Positions 42,152 to 53,148 of a stretch of 64,000 nucleotides of DNA are shown here, piece after piece; position 1 is the stretch's first letter; every line of letters starts with the position of its first letter. The position numbers and the translations under genes were made by a program. The DNA lies in the NCBI GenBank assembly GCA_020184695.1, contig JAANOX010000068.1, positions 1 to 64,000 of the forward strand, given 5' to 3'. The notes beneath the pieces were generated by a model that was given only the letters and a program-made list of their open reading frames with translations, had not been told where the DNA came from and searched no databases. The stretch is from Histomonas meleagridis 2922-C6/04-290x. Taxonomy: Eukaryota > Protista > Parabasalia.

Positions 42152-44014
42152 ATGAGAAGGGTCAATCGATTTGGACCCCAAATAAGCTTATCAAAGCGAA
42201 GCCCACCTACAAGTAAGCCTGTGAACAAAACAAAGCATGTGGTGTGTTTTTTATGTTTATTTGATGGACTCAGAACTCCGTCAATTCGTCGGTTAGTACG
42301 GAAACCTCAAATTGTTTGTCAAAGGCCACTCGTGTCCTTTGATCCTTCTTACTATTCGCCATCATCTCAGAAAGCTTTTCCAGAATTATACAAATCCACA
42401 ATAAATTGTCAATGCTCAATTGTTGTTGATCCTTCAGTTGAAACAGTTCAGTGCCTTCTTGAAAGTTATGCCTGTGCTTCTCCATACCAAAGATTAATAA
42501 TTCATTATTATGGTCAAGGAACGCATGTTCCTCTTAGTGATGGCAGTCTATACTTCTTTACACAGAATCGATCCAGGTACAAATCGTTAAAAATAACCAA
42601 ATTAATTGGTCAATGCTATTGTCCAATTTGCCTAATATTTGACTGTCCATATGCCGGTGTATTAGCACCATATGTAGCAGAGTGTGGTCTTCAGAAGGAT
42701 ATTTTTGCCTTTTTTGCATGTAGTGACAATGAAGAATTACCATATTCCACAATTGCGCCATTAGATTTATTTTCATCATGTTTATTAAAGCCATATGATA
42801 CTGCCATTTGGTGGCATATCCAACGGCATGCCTCTGTATTAGGGGAGCATCAAATTCCCGAAGAATATCGTGAATGTTTATCACCATTTCTTGATGCGAT
42901 TTTAGATGCAATCGCATTTGAAACTCAAACGCCGAAAATCTATGAATCCTATACACTTGATCCTACCATTGCCCATTTATTCCGTGGTTTTCTTTTAGCG
43001 CAACGTGTGATGTTTTCATTCAACAAACATTGTTCAGCATATCCAAACATTGAATTTGTCACAGAACATTTGTTTTGGCATGTTTGGGACATAGCAGTTG
43101 ATTTTTGTCTTAACTTAACTTTTGAAAAAGCATTACAAAAACTATTTGATTTATGCATGGGCACATTTAAAACATTTTCATCTCCCGGTGTCTTTGCAAT
43201 CTATACATATTTTATAAAGACAGAACGATTTAGTGAGAAAGCAGCTGAAACATTATTTGATTTTTTAGATCAGTCATCCATCGAAACATTAAATGCAGCA
43301 GCGAGTTCATCATTATCTAAATCATTATTAAACATGAACAAGTTAAGCGAAAAATGTCTTCTGATACTTGCGAAGTTAATGGTCAGTGACATAAGTAATA
43401 ACTTTTCATCAATGTTTCAAACATCATTTTGTTTCTCTAAGAAGCCCGAAATATTAATGGGCGGAATGTTAAACTTATGTTGTATCATCGGAAGTAATAA
43501 CACATCGCAATTTAATCAAATCGCTACAAGTTGTTGTAACTTCGCTGAGAAATGTGCGCCATTATCAGCTTTGTTGTTAGGTTTAATATTAGAAAAGGCA
43601 GGAGATATGGTAATGTTACACACAAGTAATTTGTCGTGTTTCGTGAATCTGTTGAAAAGTAATAGAAATGATATTAGAACATGTACTGTTTTCTTGTTAG
43701 GCGCAACACATGATATGAGTTATTATGAAAAATTGGTGGAAATGGAAAATGATATCAACGCTTATGTAAGAGAACAAGTTGTATACGCATTAAGAAATTT
43801 GATTAATAATGAAAACGTGGATAAGGAAATTATTAATGAAATTAGGAAAATGGAAATGGATGAAAACGAAATTGTGAAAAATGCTGTGGAAAATGCTTTG
43901 AGCTCAATAGCAAATGGAACAGAAGTATTAAACCCAATTTCACAATATCTGGTGAAATCGGTAAGAATGCCTGGATTCGCAAAAAGATATCAGGAAAATG
44001 TTATAGGTATTTAA
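42152..44014 (+). CDS. Raptor N-terminal (caspase-like) domain plus HEAT repeats, no WD40
   Basis: VVCFLCL, DPSVETV, RLIIHYYGQG, LIFDCPYAG, PLDLFSSCL, IAHLFRGFLLAQRVM; HEAT-like C-terminus. Confidence 0.75.
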   Translation: MRRVNRFGPQISLSKRSPPTSKPVNKTKHVVCFLCLFDGLRTPSIRRLVRKPQIVCQRPLVSFDPSYYSPSSQKAFPELYKSTINCQCSIVVDPSVETVQCLLESYACASPYQRLIIHYYGQGTHVPLSDGSLYFFTQNRSRYKSLKITKLIGQCYCPICLIFDCPYAGVLAPYVAECGLQKDIFAFFACSDNEELPYSTIAPLDLFSSCLLKPYDTAIWWHIQRHASVLGEHQIPEEYRECLSPFLDAILDAIAFETQTPKIYESYTLDPTIAHLFRGFLLAQRVMFSFNKHCSAYPNIEFVTEHLFWHVWDIAVDFCLNLTFEKALQKLFDLCMGTFKTFSSPGVFAIYTYFIKTERFSEKAAETLFDFLDQSSIETLNAAASSSLSKSLLNMNKLSEKCLLILAKLMVSDISNNFSSMFQTSFCFSKKPEILMGGMLNLCCIIGSNNTSQFNQIATSCCNFAEKCAPLSALLLGLILEKAGDMVMLHTSNLSCFVNLLKSNRNDIRTCTVFLLGATHDMSYYEKLVEMENDINAYVREQVVYALRNLINNENVDKEIINEIRKMEMDENEIVKNAVENALSSIANGTEVLNPISQYLVKSVRMPGFAKRYQENVIGI

Positions 44015-44399
44015 ATAATGTTTTGTTTTCTCATTATTTTTGTTTTTTTGATTTACTTAGTTACTTTTCAAGTCACAATTCATACAACAAACACAAAAGT
44101 GCTACTTGGAAATCATTTGGTAGAACTTGACTTAATACATAAACTTTGTCTTCATTTGGAATTTCTTCGAAAAATGGAAGATAAAGTTTATCTATGTTTT
44201 TTTTCTTTTTCCATTACATATAAAGGTGAACAACGTGAAGTGACTTAACGTCCTCATTTTTAAAACGAATTTATCTTTATCCCAAATTTGTTAATAGAGG
44301 ATATCTTTTTTAAAATATACATAAAAAATGTATTAACAATTTTGAATGAAATTGATATAATTTACTTAACCTTAGATATGACATGTATTTTATTATAAA

Positions 44400-44860
44400 T
44401 GTCTAAATGTTTCAAATCTTTAACATTAATGTTCTTTTTTCTTTTTCTTTTAGTAATTTAACTATATTTATGTACAAATATCTAGATGCATACATAAGTG
44501 TTGTATAAAATAATTTAAATAATTTCCAAATATTATTTTGAAATATAAAATTAATAAAATAAATTATAAATAAAACAAATAAATATCTTTAACATTGATA
44601 TCAATTCCTTTTTGTTCTAAAACGTATTCAACAAGTTCAATATTTTCTGATCTAGATGAAATTATATATATATATATATATATCATGAGGAATTGAATGA
44701 TCTTTAAGAAAATATTCAACTAAAAAAATATTTCCATTAATTGCTGCTTCATTAATAATATCATCATTGATTTTAATTCCTTCTTTAACTAAAAATGAAA
44801 ATATTTCATAATTGTGATATAAAATACAAAATTTTCCTAATTTTTCTATACGTGTCATAA
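44400..44860 (-). pseudogene. 3' fragment of a DUF3447-type ankyrin paralog with a full 68-nt loop insert (44511-44578)
   Basis: Aligns to the end of the 28693 ORF (KFCILYHNYEIFSFLVKEGIKI..SSRSENIELVEYVLEQKGIDINVKDIY-[insert]-FYTTLMYAS); frame broken at a (TA)n tract. Confidence 0.8.
44663..44683. repeat. (TA)10 microsatellite
   Basis: Read directly; disrupts the ankyrin relic frame. Confidence 0.9.
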
Positions 44861-45191
44861 GATATAATTGAAAAATTATTAAATATCACATCATTTTTTA
44901 TGCACATATTTTTCTTCTTCAACCAATCAATGAATTTTATCTAAATACAATCCAGAGTTTTATCGAATAAACATCAAACATACGAAATATGTATTTAAAT
45001 GATAAATAAATAATTCACTTTTTACATTGATTCAAATTACTTATGTAAAAATTCATTGAATGTTTACTTCGGAAATAGATCAGAAATTAGTATTGGATTT
45101 CGGTTGATGAATTAGATGTCGTTCTTTTCAAGCACAGATTTGGATTTATATAATTTTTTCTTGAGCTTTTTTTAAATGGCACTTTTTTATA

Positions 45192-46874
45192 ATGTCTGGT
45201 TTCAACGAAAAATCTGTTCCAAAGAGATGGATTTTATGCCCAAATCATGGAGAATTGGTTCCAGACACGCGATTTGTTCCATTGAAAACGCCACTGGGAA
45301 AAAACTTTACTGATTCATTATTTCCAGATCACAGATTCACACCTCAAATGTTTATAGAAGAAGAAAATAACTTAGGGAGAAATGTCATTGCTATTTTTTC
45401 TTTTGCAAATTCCAATGCACGTTATGAACTTTCTGAGTTAGAAGAACTTGGTGTTCAACAAATTTGGATTAAATGTGGTCAATCAGCACCAACAGATCAG
45501 CACTTTAATGACTTTAGGAACTCACTTAATAAGCTCCAATTTAACAGTGATAGTGATGTCGTTGGTATCCACTGTACTCATGGTTATAATAGAACAGGAT
45601 TTATTATCGTTCGATATTTAGTAGAAGAAGCTGGATATGATCTTATTGAAGCACTCAATATTTTCAAGCAATCACGTCCTCCAGGAATTTACAAACCAGA
45701 TTACATCCAAAAATTATTTGAAATTTATAACAACTCCAATGTTTCAGAATATGAAATTCCAGGTAAACCTAACGAACTCTGGTCTTTTCCTCCACCCAGT
45801 TCACTTCCACATTATTATCAGCCAAACAAAATTCCAGAAGATTCAGAATCTAATGCGTTAGTTGGTGTTGAAATTAAAGACTCATATGAATGTCTTAAGA
45901 TCAAACGTGCTGTTCAAGTTATGTGCAAAACCAATCCACGCAACAATTTTTTCCCTGGTTCACAACCGGTTACATTATCCAAAGATTTGATCCATGTTCT
46001 CGAAGAAGATCCAACATATCGTGCCACCTATAAATCTGATGGTACTCGATACTTTCTTCTTGCACTCGAAGGCAAGTCATATATCATCGACAGAAAATTT
46101 GAAGTCAGAGAAGTGAATTCACTTTTAGTTGATCGTAAAGGAAACCGTTTACAACGTACCCTCCTTGATGGGGAACTTGTAACCGAAAAAGACGATCAAG
46201 GGAATCCTTATCATAATTTCCTTATCTTTGATATAGTTGAATTTGAAGAATTTAATCTCATGGAAAATGATTGGGATACACGTATGGATTATGTCTCATT
46301 AGGGATTATAGCATTTCGCAAGATGCTTATGGAAAAGCATCTCGAACTATTTCAAAACGAAGACTTTTTAGTTACAAATAAAAAGCAATGGAGACTTAAT
46401 CGACTTCATAAGCTACAAGAATACGTGGAACATAAAGTTCGTCATGATACTGATGGAATCATTTTCACGCCACTTTCAATGCCTTACATCATCGGGAAAT
46501 GTCCGCAAATATTAAAATGGAAACCAGTTGAATTAAACTCTTCGGATTTCATCGCATTATTACACAATGATTATTTGTATTTGGCTGTTCGAATTAATTA
46601 TGATTCGAAGCAATATGCCGATATACCGATTTCAATTTTGGATATCGACGAGCAAATGAAAAATGGTTTGGATAACGCGATAATAGAATGCGTGTATGAT
46701 AGAAATACAAGAGGTTGGAAGCCTCTAAGAATTAGAACAGATAAAACAACGCCAAACGCTTATTCGACTTTCGTGTCAGTATTTGAGTCCATCGTGGACG
46801 ATTTTACTGTTCCGTCGTTACAAAAAAGATTTGGCTTCGATAATACATTCGACCCAACAGACCCTGATTTGTAA
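45192..46874 (+). CDS. RNGTT: Bifunctional mRNA capping enzyme (Cys-phosphatase triphosphatase plus guanylyltransferase, animal/plant type)
   Basis: RFVPLKTPL, HCTHGYNRTG, FPGSQPV, KSDGTRY, LLDGELV, LIFD, DGIIF, LKWKP, RIRTDKTTPN. Confidence 0.95.
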   Translation: MSGFNEKSVPKRWILCPNHGELVPDTRFVPLKTPLGKNFTDSLFPDHRFTPQMFIEEENNLGRNVIAIFSFANSNARYELSELEELGVQQIWIKCGQSAPTDQHFNDFRNSLNKLQFNSDSDVVGIHCTHGYNRTGFIIVRYLVEEAGYDLIEALNIFKQSRPPGIYKPDYIQKLFEIYNNSNVSEYEIPGKPNELWSFPPPSSLPHYYQPNKIPEDSESNALVGVEIKDSYECLKIKRAVQVMCKTNPRNNFFPGSQPVTLSKDLIHVLEEDPTYRATYKSDGTRYFLLALEGKSYIIDRKFEVREVNSLLVDRKGNRLQRTLLDGELVTEKDDQGNPYHNFLIFDIVEFEEFNLMENDWDTRMDYVSLGIIAFRKMLMEKHLELFQNEDFLVTNKKQWRLNRLHKLQEYVEHKVRHDTDGIIFTPLSMPYIIGKCPQILKWKPVELNSSDFIALLHNDYLYLAVRINYDSKQYADIPISILDIDEQMKNGLDNAIIECVYDRNTRGWKPLRIRTDKTTPNAYSTFVSVFESIVDDFTVPSLQKRFGFDNTFDPTDPDL

Positions 46875-46969
46875 ATTATATAATAAAGCTTTATTTAGAT
46901 TTTTCATGTTTTGTCTGCGAAAATGATATAAAGTATTCAATATTTCTATCGAAAATCATCGTTAAAAAA

Positions 46970-47460
46970 TTATATGTTTTAATAATTTGAAACAGCACTT
47001 CATATAGCAGTTAGAAATAATAATATAGAAATAGTATAATTACTTTTAGATAAAGAAGGAATTGATGTTAATGCAAAAACTATTCATTTGAATAATTTAG
47101 AATATGTTTTAATAATTTGGAACAGCACTTCATATGGCAGTTAGAAATAATAATATAGAAATAGTAAAATTACTTTTAGATAAAGGAATTGATGTTAATG
47201 CAAAATATATTCATTTGAATAATTTGGAATATGTTTTAATAATTTTTTATATGTTTTAATAATTTGGAATATGTTTTAATAATTTTTTATATGTTTTAAT
47301 AATTTGGAATATTTTTTAATAATTTGAGACAGCACTTCATATAGCAGTTATAAATAATAATAAAGAAATAGTAAAATTACCTTTAGATAAAGAAGGAATT
47401 GATGTTAATGCAAAATATATTCATTTGAATAATTTAATACAGTGTTAATTATTTCACATT
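46970..47460 (+). pseudogene. Three ankyrin blocks separated by inserts built from a 20-nt minisatellite (inserts 47088-47115, 47215-47322, 47425-47432)
   Basis: TALHIAVRNNNIEIV..LLLDKEGIDVNAK blocks at 46992, 47122, 47329; unit AATAATTTGGAATATGTTTT; in-frame TAA at 47037. Confidence 0.85.
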
Positions 47461-48384
47461 TTCAACCGATCACTTTAATAAACCCTTGGAAAAATTGCGT
47501 CAGATTATGCATAAAATCGTCAAATTATAATTGGAAAAGTTAGAAAGGCATAAACGATTTTCACAACCTTGTACAAAACTATTAAAGCTTTAAATAAGTG
47601 TGAAAATAATATAAATAAATAGTACATCATAAAAATTGTTTAACCTATGAATTTTATGAGAATTTATTAAGAATTGAATGATCGATCATTCGAAAAACTG
47701 AAGATATCTTAAAAAACATATTAAATCCTTCCATTCTTATATATGTTAGTCTACATTTATTATATGTAATTTTTGTTTTAGACATGATTCTTGAAAAATA
47801 TAATGAGATTACAAACTGGTTGTAAAAAATTAGCAGCACTTTTCGATCGGTTTCGATAGAATCACAATCAAAAAGTGAAACCGATACTGCCGATTTTTCC
47901 TACCAGTAGTAAATAAAAAAAAAATTTTGAGTTTGACAGGCTAAAAAATAAAAATATCTGAAAATACAAATCGATGATATTAAATATTTTAATCGACTAC
48001 TCAAGGATATCAAAGAAAAGTACACTTCCTAAAAAATCCATATGCATATGTCAAAAGAAATCGGTCTTGCAACCTTAATTTCCGGTTCCAAAAAAAATTC
48101 AAATTGTTTAATAATTATTGGGACCATGATTTTTGCATTTATTTACACATCTGCCTGAGAACATTCAAAGGTGATAATGTTGTGCAGGTTAAACCTGTAC
48201 AAAAAATGATAACAACGACTTTTTCAATGTAGACTACCCCACAATTTTCATTGAAAAAGTGCGCAAAAAGAATGAACCCCATTTCAAAGAGTGGATATTT
48301 TTGATTGAGAGCTTTACATCTGATTTCTGTTTAAACTAATTCAATTGTGTTTGGCCACAAGAAAAGCCACTTCACACATTAAAA

Positions 48385-49044
48385 ATGTCCTTGAAACCAT
48401 TGCGTATCATCTTTTTCGGCCCACCAGGTAGTGGAAAAGGTACACAATCAGATAACCTTATCCGTGATTTCAAGCTTGATCACTTAAGTACAGGTGATGC
48501 CCTTCGTGCTGAAATTCGTGCACAAACCCCACTTGGTAAACGTGTCAAGAACATCATCGAATCTGGAAAGCTTGTTGATGATGACACAATCATGAGCATT
48601 GTTGAATCCGCATTAACCAAATCCAACTTAAATGGATTTATTCTTGATGGAATTCCAAGAACACTCGGACAAGCCGAAGCATTAGATGAAATCCTTAACA
48701 GATTAAAGGCTCCAATCACACACGTTCCATTCTTGAACATTTCTCGCAAGGTTCTTGAAGAAAGAGTATGTGGAAGATTATTCCATCCAGGAAGTGGACG
48801 TGTTTATCACCGTACATTCAACCCACCAAAGAAGCCAATGACAGATGACATCACTGGTGAACCACTTATTGTTCGTAAAGATGATACAAAAGAAGCATTC
48901 GATGCAAGAATGAAGGAATATGATAACACCTTCAAGCCAGTTCTTGAATACTACACAAAGAAGGGAGTCCTCCATACAATCGTTGGAGATAAGTTGAGCA
49001 TCCCAGAAATCTACGAGAAAGTCAAGGAATACATCCTTAAATAA
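48385..49044 (+). CDS. Adenylate kinase
   Basis: GPPGSGKGTQ, LSTGDALR, GFILDGIPRT, LID domain GRLFHPGSGRVYH, RKDD. Confidence 0.96.
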   Translation: MSLKPLRIIFFGPPGSGKGTQSDNLIRDFKLDHLSTGDALRAEIRAQTPLGKRVKNIIESGKLVDDDTIMSIVESALTKSNLNGFILDGIPRTLGQAEALDEILNRLKAPITHVPFLNISRKVLEERVCGRLFHPGSGRVYHRTFNPPKKPMTDDITGEPLIVRKDDTKEAFDARMKEYDNTFKPVLEYYTKKGVLHTIVGDKLSIPEIYEKVKEYILK

Positions 49045-49097
49045 ACATTCAGCCAACCGTTATTTAGAGGTTTTTATATTGAATTCAATTTTGTGGA

Positions 49098-51221
49098 ATG
49101 GAATTAAAATATCCTGTCCAGCCTTTCGTTTTCGAGTTTGCGAAGCAAGCTTCGAAAACTATTGGTTTTAAGGATATTTCCATTAAACCAGCTCCACATG
49201 TTGATCTTTTACCAATAGAAAAATACTTGGAAAATAACGGACCATCTTTAGATGAACTTTCATCTGGTGGACAAAATGATAAAAACCCATCTCTTGTCTC
49301 AATACAGAAATGTAAAATTAATCCAATATTTTTTGATCCAAATTTCGATCTTAAAAATGCAAAAATATTTGCAAAAGTTTTTACTAAAGATTGTATAAAA
49401 CATAGGTTATTTTCAGAGAATCTAGTTATCCAATTAGATACAGTACAATCACTTCTTTTTCATTCATCGGATTCTCAAGCTTATGAATTTTTCCGTTCTT
49501 TTTCTACAATCCATGATATGCATAGTCAAATATCCATTTTAATTCCACGTATTAAAGAAACACGACGTAAATTACTCAATTTACAAAATCTTTCAAATTC
49601 CACACAAGTAATTTCACAACTTTGTACCAAAAAAGAGCGTCTTTGCCAGCTTAAAGACACAGTAGAATCCATGAAAAAAGTAATTTCTTCACCACAAACC
49701 GCGCTTTTACTTGCCGACAATGGCGATTTCAACGGAGCGTTTTCACTTATTGACGAAACAACAAAACTATTAACAGACTCATTATTAGGTATTAAATCAA
49801 TACGACCATATTTACAGAAACTTAAGACATGTTACAGTACGATAGAGTCCAAAGTTAAAAACGCATTTAACAAATTGTTTCTTGGAGAGACATCATATCC
49901 GAACATTATTCAAGTATTAAAAGAGCACAATTTAGTTGATTCTGCGATAGAAGAGTTAACAGAATTTGTCAAACAATATGCGAAAGATTCCGTTGAACAA
50001 CTTCTATGTGAATCAGCTGAACAAAAAGGATTCGACAAGACAAAACTTCGAAGTTTACCATTTAAAGACTTCACAGAAGTATTAACGATTGGCTTTCCTA
50101 ACATTCGGACGCGTATCTTAATCAAAGCTAATGATTCATTAACAAACATTTCGAAGTTATTTCATGAGAATGGAATTGATGACAAAAACTTATCAAATGT
50201 ATCAGTTGCGTTACCTGATACAATGTTTAAAGAAGCAGCAAATATTATATTATCACATTCATTAAAAGGCGCAACACTTGATGACTTCGGATCAATGTTT
50301 GAAGCAATGATATCATTCGGAAGAGGATTCGAGAAATTCGATGTTAACAAATCATTACTTCAATCATCGTTACATTCATTAGGTCGTTCATTCATCGAAA
50401 ACTTTCATTGCGAACAAAGTTTACGACTTTCGCAAACATTAGTTAATGAAAAATGGGTCAAAAAGAAGCCCGAACATGCGCACATCGAAATCATCAAGAA
50501 ACTAACGACGACTGATGTGAATGCATTAGTTATAAATAATGAGCATTATGAATCAACGAATTCATTACTTGTGTTACTTGAAGTTACGTGGAATTACTTA
50601 CAAGCGGCAAGAAGAATCCCGCGGACTGCTGACGACGTAACAAAGAAGTTAGCGGAAACTATAAAACTATTTAACTCCCAAAGCCATGACTTGCTATTAA
50701 AAGGAGGATCATTACAAACAGCGAAAATGAAATCGATCTCCACAAAAAATTTGGCGATTTCTGCATCAGGATTAAGTTTCTATGTGAAGTTAATTCCTTA
50801 TATTAAGCCGAGATTAGTCGTCGTTGGCGCGTCACAAGAAATTGTTGACTCGCAACTAAACGAAGCTGCGAAGTTATTAAGTCAACATTATCAAACTTTG
50901 GTGAATAAGATTTTGGATGTGTTGGCTTTTATCATACAGAAAAAATGCGAAAAAGCAGAATTCGACCAAAATAAAGTTTCGCCATTCGTTGCTGCAATCG
51001 CATCTGAGGTGTTGACGTTGAATAAAATGATCGGAGAATGTCTGCCGAAGGATGTGACGAATATGATATTCGCAAATATCGCACAACATATAGTAGCGAA
51101 TTTGTCAAAGCTACTGAAGGCAAATGGCGCTAAAGTCGAAAAAATGTTGGCGAGAGATATAAAATATTTAAATGAACAGTTGGCTGTGTGTAATTGCGAA
51201 GTGAAACTTAACAAAAGTTAA
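49098..51221 (+). CDS. VPS54: Vps54-like GARP complex subunit
   Basis: N-terminal coiled coil; C-terminal IKLFNSQSHDLLL..MKSISTKNLAIS matches the Vps54 domain pattern. Confidence 0.75.
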   Translation: MELKYPVQPFVFEFAKQASKTIGFKDISIKPAPHVDLLPIEKYLENNGPSLDELSSGGQNDKNPSLVSIQKCKINPIFFDPNFDLKNAKIFAKVFTKDCIKHRLFSENLVIQLDTVQSLLFHSSDSQAYEFFRSFSTIHDMHSQISILIPRIKETRRKLLNLQNLSNSTQVISQLCTKKERLCQLKDTVESMKKVISSPQTALLLADNGDFNGAFSLIDETTKLLTDSLLGIKSIRPYLQKLKTCYSTIESKVKNAFNKLFLGETSYPNIIQVLKEHNLVDSAIEELTEFVKQYAKDSVEQLLCESAEQKGFDKTKLRSLPFKDFTEVLTIGFPNIRTRILIKANDSLTNISKLFHENGIDDKNLSNVSVALPDTMFKEAANIILSHSLKGATLDDFGSMFEAMISFGRGFEKFDVNKSLLQSSLHSLGRSFIENFHCEQSLRLSQTLVNEKWVKKKPEHAHIEIIKKLTTTDVNALVINNEHYESTNSLLVLLEVTWNYLQAARRIPRTADDVTKKLAETIKLFNSQSHDLLLKGGSLQTAKMKSISTKNLAISASGLSFYVKLIPYIKPRLVVVGASQEIVDSQLNEAAKLLSQHYQTLVNKILDVLAFIIQKKCEKAEFDQNKVSPFVAAIASEVLTLNKMIGECLPKDVTNMIFANIAQHIVANLSKLLKANGAKVEKMLARDIKYLNEQLAVCNCEVKLNKS

Positions 51222-51825
51222 TTTGAATAAAGAATAAAATAACTATAAATATTGTATTCATTATGGGAAACTTGGCAAGTGTTTTTCTAACCTTTTTTAA
51301 TATTTATCTGTTGATGAAAAGCATGTTTTCATCTAAAAATTTTCGTTCAAAAAGTAATTACAGCAATTCAATTTGTCCAGTTACACAATAAAAACGTTAT
51401 TCATTCTAAAAATTGCATCTGTGGACAATATTATTTACAATATGCTCCATGCTCATACAAGCCGATTAGGTATTTTAAACAAAGGATCAAGTAATAAGGA
51501 AATATTTCAGGTGTGAATTGACAATTTAATTGAATTGAAAACACCGTAATTCAGGGCACCCCAATCAACGTGAAAAACAAACATTTTTAGATATTGCAAA
51601 GTCGAACTATTTCCATTATTTTATTTCTTTTTTAGATAGATTTTCTAACAATTGATACTTTATAAAAAAAAATAATATTGAAAATTTTCAATTCAAGCAA
51701 CCTTTAACCAAGAATGTAATGTAATGGAAAAATATTTTTACAACTTAAAAAAGTGTTCATGTATTGAAAATTGAATTAAACCGATTAGGCCGTGTTCTCA
51801 AAGGGGAACATAGAAATTTTTAAAT

Positions 51826-52401
51826 ATGGCTCTTGGTGGGAGAGTTGTCCTGATTGGAGATTCAAATGTTGGTAAAACAACACTAATCCAAAGGTACCTT
51901 CGTGGCCAATTTCAGGAAGGGCAGAAAAATACTGTAGGAGCTGTATTTCATACAAAAGAAACTCAATTTAAAAATAAGCAAATATCACTTCAAATATGGG
52001 ATACGGCTGGACAGGAAAGGTACAGAGCTCTTGGTCCAGTTTATTATCGGAAGTCAAACGCTGCGATAGCTGTTTTTGATTTAACAAAGAAAGAAACAAT
52101 GAAATCTTTAGAAGGGTGGATTGAAACATTTAGGCAAAATTCAGATGATCCTTTTGTGGTTATTGCCGGAAATAAATCTGATCTTGATGACAAAATTTCT
52201 GTTTCAATCGAAGAAACAGCAGAATGGGCAAGTTCGTTAGAAGCCAATTGCATTTGGACTTCGGCCAAAACAGGTGATGGCATCGAAGATGTTTTCAATC
52301 AAATTATGGAACACATTTTCCAATCACAAGAAAACACAGTGGCAAATGAATCTGTTGACCTCACAGCAAAGAGGGAAACAAGTGGTGGATGCTGCTCTTA
52401 A
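51826..52401 (+). CDS. Rab GTPase (Rab5/21-related)
   Basis: GDSNVGKT, WDTAGQERY, GNKSD, TSAK, C-terminal GGCCS. Confidence 0.93.
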   Translation: MALGGRVVLIGDSNVGKTTLIQRYLRGQFQEGQKNTVGAVFHTKETQFKNKQISLQIWDTAGQERYRALGPVYYRKSNAAIAVFDLTKKETMKSLEGWIETFRQNSDDPFVVIAGNKSDLDDKISVSIEETAEWASSLEANCIWTSAKTGDGIEDVFNQIMEHIFQSQENTVANESVDLTAKRETSGGCCS

Positions 52402-52530
52402 AAATAACGTTATACAAAAATATTTTTTTTTATTCTTTGTGATTTTTTGACTTGTAAAAAGATCTTAAGGAAGCTACATAACGAAGTTGATCATTAATGG
52501 AATATTTTTTTTTGATGAATCAAATGATGA

Positions 52531-53148
52531 AAATTCGTTCGATATAAAGAAAAACGAACGTTAAGAGATACAAATAAAATAACAACTAAAATTCCGATTA
52601 AAACAATTTTTCTTGGTGATGTTGGTGTTGGAAAGACATCAATTATCAGAGCCAAGCATAGCTATTTTGATCCCAACACAAGTCCCACAGTTAACCCTAA
52701 CATTATTACAATAAATATAAAAATAAATGAAGTTGAAGCAGAACTAAAACTGTGGGATACTTCTGGGCAAGAAAGGTATTCATCTTTAATCCCAATGTTC
52801 TCAAGAAATGTAAAAGTATGTGTTCTTGTTGCAGATATTACATCTCAAACAACAATAGACAATATCAAAAATTGGGTGGAAATCCTCCGTCAAAGTGAAG
52901 AAAATCCATCAATGATTTTAGCCTTCAACAAAATTGATATGTTAAAATCTTCACGTATAATCGGTGAATTGAAAAACGAATACAAAGGACTCTACTCTGA
53001 CATTGTTTTTGTTTCAGCTCTTACAGGAGAAGGAATAGATCAACTTTTCATAAAAATAGCAAAAGCCGGTATATTGGTTTGTCAAGATAAAAACGCTGTA
53101 GAAAACTTTCCACAGCTCACAGAAAAAGAGTCAAGTTGTAGTTGTTAA
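52531..53148 (+). pseudogene. Second tandem Rab-like gene with no in-frame ATG before the P-loop (pseudogene, assembly error or unusual initiation)
   Basis: Frame open from 52531: IFLGDVGVGKTSII, LWDTSGQERY, FNKID, VSA, CSC; TGA at 52525 and 52528; first in-frame ATG only at 52795. Confidence 0.7.

Noticed and set aside
45192-46874. Animal/plant-type capping enzyme as a novelty
   Set aside because: Already established for Trichomonas
47037-47039. TAA reassignment to a sense codon
   Set aside because: TAA is the normal stop of many intact genes in the window; the internal TAAs occur only in relics or once in the array
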